From assembly GCF_009834535.1 (NCBI RefSeq), contig NC_045696.1, forward strand, positions 37,140,001 through 37,204,000: DNA of 64,000 nucleotides, given 5' to 3'. The stretch is from Camelus ferus. Lineage: Eukaryota. Position 1 is the first letter of the stretch; each line of letters begins with the position of its first letter. Below, in pieces: positions 1 through 10,671 of the stretch. A model generated the notes under the pieces. The model did no database searches. It saw nothing but the letters and a program-made list of their open reading frames with translations, and had not been told where the DNA came from. Both the position numbers and the translations under genes were made by a program.

Positions 1-694
1 CAATCCTACACTGACTGATTCTCAAGTAATAAAAATCAAGTGAGATCAAGCTTCTCTGGGCAGGTTGACCATTATTTTGTCCCTGGCGTAAATATACAAA
101 CCTACTCAGTGCACACACATGCTCAAAGAGATCGTCAAAGGAATCAAATATTTAAATAAAATTTAAATCCACAGAATCAGAGGTTACTAACAAATCTTAA
201 TAATAGTAATAAATTCCTGTCTGTCTTTAAATTTCCGTAGACGCTCTAAAATACCCAGTCCTGGACTCAGGCAGGACACTGGGACCCGCTGAGCCTCTCT
301 GACGGAGGCTGTGGAGACAAGTCCTTCCTGCTTTGCTGCCAACGTGAAGGTTCCTGCTGGACGATGTTCTGTTGCTTGGAAGAGAGCTGCAAGCCCTCTG
401 CTGGTTGCACAGAACAGAAACAGATGAGGTATCAGGCCCTTCTGGCTTCAATCTTGGTAATGGGGATGCACAAGGAACTCAGTGAAGGGAGTGAGGGTGG
501 ATGACTGTCATTACAGGCCACTACCAGGGGCCTTGACTCAAAGTAAAATCTTCATGATAAAGGTGAAAATGAAGGCAGAGGATCACAATGGTTGCAAGAG
601 AAAAGGGAGTTCAAAAAAACAACCCTCCAGAGGGTGAGTGATGCACTGTCAGCCGAGGGAGGCTGAAGAGGGATTCGAGGAGGAGCTGCCCAAC

Positions 695-1095
695 TGGAAG
701 AAGGCACGAGAAGCCGACATGCGTGAGGAGCCGACATGCGTGAGGAGCCAACATGGAGCAAAACAGCACTTTATTGCAGTACAAGTGGGTGGCACCCGCC
801 CTCAGGTGTACGCACTTGTCCTTTTATTATGCCCACGCATGTGTATTGTTCAAAATGCTTACTCATGCCTCTAGCGCATGCGTACAGTTACTTCTTACCT
901 CACACACACGCAGGTTATTGTGAGCTTTGACCTGCTCACTCAAGACTGCCAACAGTCACCGTAGCTTCCTGAGCCTTTGTGAGTGTAAGGGGCGCCTGGG
1001 TTATCTATGCTGAGGAAGGACAGGCGGCAAGAACGCAAGTTTCTCGGGATTTTATAATCTGTGAAGCCAAACTACTGCCTGAACGGGATAGACAG
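695..1095 (-). mobile_element. CpG-retaining LTR-like element; ERV-leader-like sequence may continue to the left window edge
   Basis: CTTTATT at ~769 (AATAAA on minus), TTTTATTAT at ~822 (TATA-like on minus), many CpGs and an internal 17-bp tandem repeat. No TSD found, so the ends are uncertain. Confidence 0.55.
712..755. repeat. 17-bp tandem repeat, ~2.6 copies
   Basis: AGCCGACATGCGTGAGG x2 followed by AGCCAACATG. Confidence 0.9.
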
Positions 1096-1162
1096 GTACC
1101 TTAGGCTAGTGGTTGCTCCTTATATCAAAAGTTCAGAAATGGCCGAAGTAAAACCAATGAAT

Positions 1163-2925
1163 CGTCAAAGTAGCGATTATAAGTTTATTGTATACACACC
1201 AAAAGACAGTTCATGAAACAAAAACATGGAACAAGTCTCAGGGATATATTGTTATGAAACAGTTTATATAGTAGGAGGCAGTGACTGTTTATTCTTCATA
1301 GTGATTGGTTGTAACATTAGAATTGTCTTAAGTGGTAGGGAATTGGTCAGTGGTTACCGCATATCAACCTGAGGAAACAAAGTTTTGCTTCTCATTTCCG
1401 GAGGCATAAACAAGGAGTGACTCAGGCCAAGTTAGTCTTGCAAAATAAGCTAAATTAAGCTCTGTTAGTATGACTAAACTGGTTTTGTGTATTTAAGGAA
1501 CTTTCAAGGCTGGTCTCTATTTTTTATTTTAACAATCCCTGCTTTTGGTTATTCTTTTGGTATTCTGAGAGTCTGACCAACTACCATTGATGTAGTCCAA
1601 CCAAAGAATCGCATATTCGCTGTTTTTAGTAGTTGAATCGTCAGGCTAGAGGGTGGTTAAGTCATGATCTCCATCACTTATGTGATTTTCATTGATTCAT
1701 CCAGTTGTCTGATCCTGATACATACCATGTGGCATGTGAGTGGCTACCGACAGTCATTTAAAACCTTTGAGAGTATAAAAAGCAGCAGAGAGATCAGTAT
1801 GATGACTATAAGGAGAATAATAGTCAAAGATTGAAAAATTCCCCAGATCAGAGAGTCCCAGGAGCCAAAATTTAACCAATTAAATAGAGCTCTTTGAAAA
1901 ATATCATACATACATAATATACACACAGAGACATACATAAACATGCAGACAGACACAGAGATCTTACAGCTTTTGTTTTAAAAATCTTAGTCCTATCTCA
2001 GTTACAAAATTCAAAAGAATGTTCGGATACAAATTGTGTTTCTGGTGGATGGATTAAGTTAAACTCACCTGCTCATATGGCCAATGTTTTTTACTAAAGA
2101 TTTTTTTATTTGCATACTGTAAGGATCCTTTTAGAGCTAATTTTGGGGTCATTTTGTCTTTTAGAAACATCAACATACCAATTAAAGAATTAATTACAAC
2201 ATCTCTGAGGGATTTGGAATCCTCTCTTTTGAGGGTGCCCCAAAGGTGGATTTATCTAAATTAAAGTTTCCCCAAAGTGGCTACTAGAATTCCAAATTAT
2301 CCAAAGGTTCATCCATTTTCCAAAAGGACACAAGAACCCAGTCCATAGTCCAGGTGGAACCCATCTTTGCCTCTAGATTTCTTAAGGTAGCTTAACTCTG
2401 AGGGGGGTGGGGGGGGGTTCCTGTTTTCTAACAGCTGTTTCAAAATACAGGGAATCACGTGTTTCCCCCACCCACCCCCCACGGCCTTTTAAATAGAAAA
2501 GGGTTACTTACCCAGAAGCTTCGACAAATGAAATACAGGCATGCACAATAAAGGTGAAGAGCTCAAAATGCATACACCAAAAAGATAATTCTTGAGCTAG
2601 CAGCATTCAAATCAAAACACGGAATGAGGCTCAGGGGTATATTACTACCAGTCCATTTATATAGTGAGGAGACAGTGTTTATTTTTCATAGTGATTGGTT
2701 ATTTAAATTTTTATTAAATGATAGCAATTTAGTCAACGTTTCCCTCAATATTAACCTTGGGAAACACTTTAAGTGTTGCTTATGGTTTCCAGAAGCACAA
2801 GCAAGGAATAACCCAAGTCAAGTTAGTCTTGCAAAGTAAGCTAAATTAAGCTTTGTGAGACTAAACTGGTTTCATCTGCTCAGGGAATTTTCCAGGCTGG
2901 TCTCCATTTGTTTCTGATTTTAACA
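1163..2925 (-). mobile_element. Internally deleted ERV1-like (MER4-group-like) provirus: two related LTRs plus ~1 kb internal sequence
   Basis: Diverged direct repeats 1163-1534 and ~2568-2925, both ending TTTTAACA and sharing 33/34 nt at 1428-1461 vs 2819-2852. Purine tract next to the left LTR (1535-1550), minus-strand donor GGTAAGT at 2506-2512, and an env-like ORF. Confidence 0.75.
1744..1900 (-). pseudogene. Retroviral env TM-subunit remnant (membrane-proximal region, anchor, start of tail)
   Basis: ORF 1744-1956 reads ...LFNWLNFGSWDSLIWGIFQSLTIILLIVIILISLLLFILSKVLNDCR, a Trp-rich segment followed by a hydrophobic span, ~200 bp upstream of the polypurine tract and 3' LTR. Confidence 0.65.
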
Positions 2926-2974
2926 TTTGTTAGATAACAAGTGGGGCAAGCAAGCAGGGAAAAAGCCTCTTCAG

Positions 2975-3230
2975 AATCAGCGGGCTTCGGGTAACAGCCA
3001 GCCGGTTCTGGATAAGAGAGCTGTTCTTAAGAGCCAATGTTAATTTTTTTTTCCCTGCAAACGCCGGATGCCAGTGTGAACTCATAAGACGGGAACAACC
3101 AGCGGAGGCTCCCTGGAAGCTCCGTCTGCTGAGGACTCGGCTTGAGAGGTGAGAGTGAGGACAGGGGCACTGCCGCTGTGGGGAACCCGTGGCTTCAAGG
3201 TAGGAGAAGCGTCCTGAATTTTCTGATACG
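2975..3230 (+). promoter_or_regulatory. Candidate weak CpG promoter / first exon
   Basis: About 13 CpGs in ~250 bp of apparently non-repeat sequence. Donor-like GAG|GTGAGA (3149) and AAG|GTAGGA (3200), then a sharp drop to AT-rich sequence. Confidence 0.4.
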
Positions 3231-3479
3231 ATGCATATTCTAAGTGCTCAGTGAATGCTTGGTAACTTAGTCCTTGCTGTTCTCTGCAACAGAACGTTGA
3301 AAGACAGTCTTTACTATTAGCATTTTAATATGATATATACAGCAGTTTGTTGATTCCTGATAATTTGTCTACTAAAACTCAACAGTCATATTTTTCTTCT
3401 TACTTGGAAATAACTTTAAGCTTATAATAATGGAGTAGAAATAGCACCATATTTTTCATGAACAATTTGAGACTGTTTC

Positions 3480-6400
3480 TGACAAAATGCCTCATCTCCT
3501 ATAAATACTTCGGCATGAATTTCTTACGAGTAAGTATGTTCTCCTATGTATCCACGTATAATCACCAAAATCAGGAAATTAACAGTGATTCATGATTATC
3601 ATGTAATCTTTAGGATCCTTTCAAGTTTCAGTTGTTGCCATAATGTCCTTTACACAAGTAGGATATAATTCAGATCACACATTCTATTTAGTTATATCAT
3701 CTCCTTATTCTCCTTTCATCTGTAGCAGTTAATCATTTGTTTTTTGAAATTTGTGACTGTGACATTTTTGGAAATTACAGGTAAGTTATTTTAAAGAATG
3801 TTCCTTGATTGGGGTTTATTTAATATTTTATTAGATTCAGTTTATGCATTTTTGCCAGAAATATGACAGGTGTGATGTTTTGTTTGTTTCACTGCTTCTG
3901 GTTAGGTGTTATATGACTTTGATTTGTTCCATTATGGATAACGTTAAATTCAATCACCTGATTAAGCGGTGCTTGGTAATTTCTTTATTGTAAAGTTACC
4001 CTTTTTCCCTTTGTGAGAAAGTCTTTTGACATCTCTATTGAGGTATATAATTTACCATAAAATACCATAAAATTTACCTACCTAAATGTACAATTCAATG
4101 ATTTCTAATAAATTTGCAGAGTTATGCAAGCATTATCATAATCCACTGTAAAGTATTTTCACCACCTTCCCCAAAAGATCTTTATGCACATTTGTAATCA
4201 ATTTTCATTTCACTCCCAGCTGAAGGCAACCACTAATCTACGTTTTTTTCCCCAAAAGTTTTGCTATTGTAGATATTTCTATGGAATCGTATAAGATACA
4301 GTCTTTGTGGGAAAGTATGTTTAGGCTTGTCAATATAATTTTCTTTATCAAACTTTCAAAGTTTTATGGCCTTATTGATGTTTAGTGGCTAATTTATCTT
4401 GTTTCAAAATGTATTCCCCTAATGACATAGTAATGAGCATGTCTTCATGCTTAATTGCCATCTGCATATTGTCTTTGGTGTAGTGAATGTTCAGATCTTC
4501 TGTCTATAATTGGATTTTGATTTTCTTTTGTTGATTTTTAATAAATCTTTGTATATTTTGGATTCAAGTCCTTTATGAGATCCATCTTGTGACTTGTCCA
4601 TATTTTAAACAGTATTTTGTAGAGCAAAAGCTTCTAATAAATCTATTTTTTCATTTTTCTTTCTTCATAGATTATGCTTTTGCTGTTATAACTAAAACAT
4701 TATTTAACCCAACATCATTTAGACTTTCTCCTAGGTTCTATTCTAGATGTTTTATATTTTGCCTTTTATATTTGGTTTGATCTAATTGAGATAATTTTTG
4801 TGTATTGTATAAGATCTGTTTATATGGGGTTTTTTGCATATATACCAGCACAAATTTTTGAAAAGACTGTCTTCCCTAAATTAAATTACCTTTGCTTTTG
4901 ACAAATCTCAGCAGACGACATTTTTATGTTTCTGGGTTCTCTATTCTGTTCCATTGACCTTTGTGTATATTATTTCACCAGTCTTACACTGTCATGATTA
5001 CTGCAGCTTTATAGTAAGTCTTGAAAGCAAGTGCTAGGTGTCCTCCAACTTTATTCTTCAATTATATTATTCTTCATAATATTCAGCTCAGTATTATGTT
5101 GACTATTCTTGGTTTTTTGCTTATCCAGATCAATTTTATAATTGATTTTTCAATGTTTACAAAAGGACTCACTGAAATTTTGAATCTGCAGATCAAGTTG
5201 AGAAGAAGTGACATTTCAACGTTGTGTCTTCCAGTCCATAGAGAAAAATAATGCTCCATTTATGTAGATCTTCTTTTATTTCTTAGGTGTTTTGTAGTTT
5301 TCCACATAAAGAACCTATGATATTTTTGTGAGATTTCTACCTCTTTCATTCGTTGATGTTATTGCAAATGGTACTTTTTCAAATTTCCAGTTCTTTTTAT
5401 TCATTGCTGGCATATAGAAAAGCACTTGACTTTTGTATATTTTCCGTGTATCTATTGACTTTGCCAACTCACTACTTAGTTCCAGAACTTTTGTTGTTGT
5501 TGTTGATTCTTTGGCTTTTCTACATAGACAGTCTTGCCATCTACAAATAAAAACAGTCCATACTTTCTTCCCTAGCTGTATACATTCCATTTCTTCTTGT
5601 CTTACTGCATTAACTAGGGCTTCCAATGTTATGTTGAAAAACTGTTGAGAGAGAACCTCCTCGATTAGTTCCCAATTCTTAGAGAAGTAATTCATTTCCT
5701 ACCATTAGCTGGCTATAAGTTGAGCTGTTTTTGTTTTGTCTTTGGTATATTCCCTTTATTAGCTTATGGAAGTTCACCTTTTACTCTTAGTTTTTTTAGT
5801 TTTTTTAGTTTTTTCACGAAAGGGTGTTGAAATTTGTCAAATGCTTTTCTACATCTATTGATATTAAAGGGCTTTTGTTATTTAGTCTGATAATATGATA
5901 AATTACAATGATTGCTACACAAATGCTGAATGGGTCTTGCATTTGTGGAATAAACTCAACTTGGTTTTGCTATGTTACTCTTTTTTATGTATTTCTGGAT
6001 TTGATTTCCTCATATTTTGTTAAAGATTTTCATGTCAATGTTTATGAGAGATGTTGGACTGTGGTTTTCCTTTCTTATGCCTTTATATGATTTTAATAGT
6101 ACAATACTAACCTCAAGATGAGTTAAGAAGTATTCTCTCTTCTACTTTCTGGAAAATATGGGAGGAAATGGCTATTTTTCTTTGTTAAATGTTTGGTAGA
6201 TTTCACTTATAAAATTTTGAGTCTAGTACTTTATTTCTTAGGGAAGAAAGAGTTTAAATTATTTCAATTTATTTCATAGATAATGAGCTGTTCAGGTTAA
6301 TGCCTTTTCTTAATGTAAGTTTTAACAGTTTGTATTTTTCAAGGAATTTAATCAATTTCAATGTATGTTATCAAAATTTGGGGCCCATAGTTGCTTGGCA

Positions 6401-7330
6401 TATTCACTTATTTTTATTTTAATGTCCATTGGGTCAGTAGGGATGACTCCTATTCATTTTTGGTATTGACAACTTGTGCCTCAATTTTTTTCCCCTTAGT
6501 TAACCAGATTAGAGGATTCTCAATTTTATTAATCTGTTAAAAGAAACAGCTTTTGGTTTCATTTATTTTCTCTGTCATTTCCCTTATTTTAATTTAATGG
6601 ATTTCTCCTCTTATTTTTCTTATCTCCATTCTGCTATTTCCTTTAAACTTAATTTTATTTGTCTATTTTCCTAAAATATAAGGTAGACTCTTGATTTTTA
6701 TAACTTTCTACTTTCTAATATATAAATTTAATACTATAAATTTCCCTCTAAATGCTTTCATTTCTGCATTCCCAAAGTGTTAAGATGCATTTTCATATAG
6801 TTTAGAAGATATTTCAAATTCTGTTGAAACTTTCTCATTGATCCATGTGTTATTTGGAAGTGTGTTACTTAATTTTAAAGTATTTGGAAGTTTTCTAGCT
6901 TGCTTTGTGTTACTGATTTATAGTTTAATGCTACAGTGTTCTCACCTTCTGAGAAGATCATCTATATCCTTATTAAATTTCTGCCTGCTTGATTTATCAA
7001 TTACTGATTATACTAGTAGATTTGTCTATTTTTCCTTTCATTTCTCTGTTTTTGCTTCAAGTATTTTGGTGTTCTGTTGTTACATTTAAACACTTCTAGG
7101 ATTCATATCTTTAGATATTATTCCTGATATATTTACTTGAGGTTTTTTTTTTTAATCTAATAGTGTTGCATGCTATGTCTTTCTCCTTCCCCTTATTTTG
7201 AACCTATTTGAATCTTCAAGATGAATTTCTTTTATGAAACGTATAGTTGGGTCTTACTTTTATTAATCAATACTGGTTATCTCTTTTTTAATTGATGTGT
7301 TTAGACTTCATATTTAAGTTATTGATGCTG
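3480..7330 (-). mobile_element. Ancient decayed L1 (L1M-type) fragments: 3' ends and ORF2
   Basis: T-rich strand with L1 ORF2 motifs colinear with the young L1. Remnant ORF 5315-5695 (FNITLEALVNAVRQE...IQLGK). Probably more than one element. Confidence 0.8.
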
Positions 7331-7719
7331 TAGTTGATTTTAGAAAAACTAGAAGAGAACAGTGGGCATAATATCATTGGTGCTCCTCAATCTATATGCA
7401 GAAATTTTAAGTTTTATAGTGCGTCTCTCTACTTCATCTCAATCAAGACTCATTACCCATTAGTGTATATTTTGCCAAGGCCTCAAATAGAGAATATGAC
7501 CAAACTATTACTTTATCTAAAGTTTTAAGTTACTTTGAGAGACACAAATTTAATGAATGAGAGCATCTTTTTGATTGGGTTCTGATGATCCATAAAATGT
7601 TAACTTGTGATTAATGGTATGTTTTATCATAACAAACACAGTCTAAACAGAAGAGAAACAAGTCAGCGGGAAAATATTCTTATACACATGAAAATCCATA
7701 CTCCACCTCTTTAAAGCTT

Positions 7720-8270
7720 ATGGAGATTAGATACAGGTTATGAGTTGGAGTTAGTGTGCTTAAATGTCCTTGGGATCAACAGCTATGGAAAGAAAGGAAA
7801 GGGGGTAGGACTGGACAAATTGAAAAGTCAAGCTCTGATGTAATCCCAAAACCCCACGAAGAGGTTTGGGGCTAGAACGACTTCATAGTTGTTACTAGGG
7901 AGTGTAAGATGTCCAGACATTTATGACCCATATCAATCAGTCATAGTATGTAGCCTGCCCCAGTATGGGTTGTGGCCTTGATCAAAATGACTTTCTGCAG
8001 TTGAGGTCGTCCCTGAAGGGGTTAACAGCAAAAAGGTAGTGCATGCAGAAATAGATATCTGGTCTTTCTTTGTCTTTTTATAAGAGCGTTAATCCATTAT
8101 GAAGACTTGACCCTTTCAACCTAGTCTAACCCTAATTACCTCACAAAGATCCCACCTCCAAACATCATCACTTTGGGGACTATGCTTTCAACATAGGAAT
8201 TTGGGAAAAGGGAGACAAACATTCAGTCCATAGCAAGGGAATTTTGAATAGCACATCACAACATAGTCTT
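7720..8270 (-). mobile_element. Old MaLR LTR (MLT1G/H-like) with nested MLT1A-like fragment at ~8050-8236
   Basis: GGGATCAACAGCTATGGAA...CAATCAGTCAT motifs. The inner piece has CCTAATTACCTC...CCCACCTCCAAAC...AACATTCAGTCCATAGCA. Confidence 0.65.
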
Positions 8271-8684
8271 CTGTGTTTTTTAGCTATAAGTAAACAATTA
8301 AGAAATGTTCACTATACTCATAAATAATGACATTTATTATTATAATTTGTAGAAGAGATGTAAACTTTAAATGTTCAGTCCTTGAAATTTTAGTATAGAA
8401 AATACAACCTTACTTTCAAAATAATGAACACTGGCAAGATTTAATCTCTTTAGAATATTAATTGCACAAGTAATACATGTTCCTCTAAAGTATTGCAATA
8501 TGGTAGAAGTGTAAGTGTAAAAGTAGAAAGTCTTCTTTATAGTTTAGTCATTAACTGTGCTTTGTCCTAAAGTAAATGGTTTTATGTTTCTTTTACTGTC
8601 TATAACTATACTGTCTATAACTTTCAGAGATTAAGTATTTTGTAAACTTCTAATGAAAAATAGAAGCCTATCTTCCAATAGACT

Positions 8685-8908
8685 TTCTCTTTTTTTGCTG
8701 AAGTATAGTTGACTTACAGTGTTGCAAGGTTGTGTTAGTTTCTGGTATACAGCATATTGATTCAGTTATACGTATATATTGTTTTTCATATTTATCATTA
8801 CAGGTTATTACAAGATACTGAATGTAGTTCCCTGTGCTATACAGTAGAGCCTTATTGTTTATCTGTTTTATTTGTAGTAGTTCATGTCTGCTAGTCCCAA
8901 ACTCCTAA
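8685..8908 (-). mobile_element. Short L1 3'-end fragment
   Basis: T-run followed by GAAGTATAGTTGACTTACAGTGTTG...TCCCTGTGCTATACAGTAG, homologous to the other L1 3' ends in the window. Confidence 0.8.
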
Positions 8909-10139
8909 CCTCTTAGTTGCAGCTGCATCTGAACTCTTGGTTTAGTTAGTGGGAGTCATCCATTCCTGGGTTTTCTAAGATTCAAGCAAGCCTTAGCTTG
9001 CTGCATCCCTCCATTGCAGCCTTATATTTCAATTTTTTTCTGGCTTGCTAAGTAAGTTACTACTTGCCTATCTGCATTACAGCTTCTAGTGTTTTTTACT
9101 GCCATTTTTTTTTAACTGTTCCCTTTGACTTTGGATGTTGACTGGAATTTCAGAGGGAAATAGTATTAAGAATGGAGAGGAAATTTTTCTTGATTTAAGT
9201 AGAAATCCATGTATAGGAATAACTCTCACTAGAGATGCTATTAAGGATACCCATGCCTGGGATTTTGCTCAAATAATTCTGATTCAAATGGTCTGGTATG
9301 GAGCTCCAGATTATTCTGTTGTATATAAGGGATAAACATCACTTATGTATATTAGCCATGTATTTATGAGTAGATATCAGAAAGCCTAAATCATGGCCTA
9401 ATAGGTAGGAGGTACGATTGGGATGTTGAATGTTGATTCTATTCATCTCAAACTAAACAATAAGGAATGTTTTAAGCTAAGGAACAAAAAATATATACAT
9501 GCATATATAAAATACATATGAAGTTTATTTTATACATTTCTATTATGTATGTGTATGTGCATATTTTAATATAAATGAGATTTATAGAGGTTCAATTCTT
9601 TTACTTACTTTTGCCCCATAGCAATATGTTTTTGTTCTTTCCATATCAGCCCATATATGTACATCTCACTATTCTTCCCTGTTGAATATTTTTCTGTTTT
9701 ATAATATAACTATCATTAATTTAACCATTTTTATTGTTGGACATATATGTTGTTTCTGCTGCTATTACAAAGATTCCCATATTCAAATATCCTTATGCAT
9801 ATATGCTAGAGCCAGTTCAGTTTTAATTTTGATAGTTGTCACAATAGTGTTCTCCAAAATGTTTGCACCAACATGTATGAATTTTCATCCTCAGTGGAGT
9901 CTGTTAACCCAAATTTTCACCCCAAACATAATTTTATATTCTAATTTAATAATTAAAAATGCTATATAGAGACTTCCACTTCCACCTCCAACATGTAAAG
10001 TGCTTGGATGTTGTCATGCCCATCCTTACACCAAGTTAAAAGCTATAAGCTGAAAATTAGTGAGTTTTTAAAAAAAACTCATCAGTGGAATGAGGTTGTA
10101 GGGTATACTTGTCAAAGTTTGCAGAGAAACAGAACCAAC

Positions 10140-10174
<35 letters not shown>

Positions 10175-10177
10175 GTA
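10140..10177. repeat. (TG)n microsatellite inside MLT2
   Basis: Directly visible TG run. Confidence 0.95.
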
Positions 10178-10273
10178 TTTAAAACTATATTCTAAAGCAT
10201 AATTTATAAGGCAAATATCTTATTGGCTCACATAATTATTGGAGGCTGAGAAGTTTCATGACATGCTTTCTGC

Positions 10274-10671
10274 TTTTTGGTTCACAAATTGGCCCCTATA
10301 TGTGGAGAGCAAGGAGAGACTTAGGAAAGAGACAGACTCCTCCAGGTTGACAGGTGGCAGTTTTCATAAGCAAGGGAACTTAATTTCAAGGCTTGTTTTG
10401 GGTGGCAGCAAGACAACTAGATCTCCACACCCACCGACAAGAATCCCAGAGTTTATACAGAGGACTTAACTGGGCTCAGTCACATATACTATCTAGGTGG
10501 TCCCAACATATTACTATCTCAAGGTTGAATCCTTGGGGCATCTCCTACTGTGAGAATGGAGAGCAGGACATACATTCCAAGTACGGTGGAGGAGGTGAGG
10601 AGCCTCTGATTGTCCTGGTCCAGGTCATGGGTCAACCAGCAGTCATATCCTCTTGATTACCCCCTCCAACA
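10274..10671 (-). mobile_element. ERV1-like solo LTR nested in MLT2
   Basis: ~400-bp insert splitting the MLT2 motif TCTGC|AAGCTG. Ends CCCCTCCAACA (TGTTGGAGGGG on minus). TATA-like TTTATAC near 10453. Confidence 0.7.

Noticed and set aside
344..430. Possible + strand exon ending GAG|GTATCA
   Set aside because: No convincing acceptor, embedded in ERV-like sequence, and no recognisable translation.
712..755. Direct repeats as a CRISPR-like array or p53 site array
   Set aside because: Head-to-tail repeat with no spacers in mammalian LTR-like DNA. The match to RRRCWWGYYY has mismatches.
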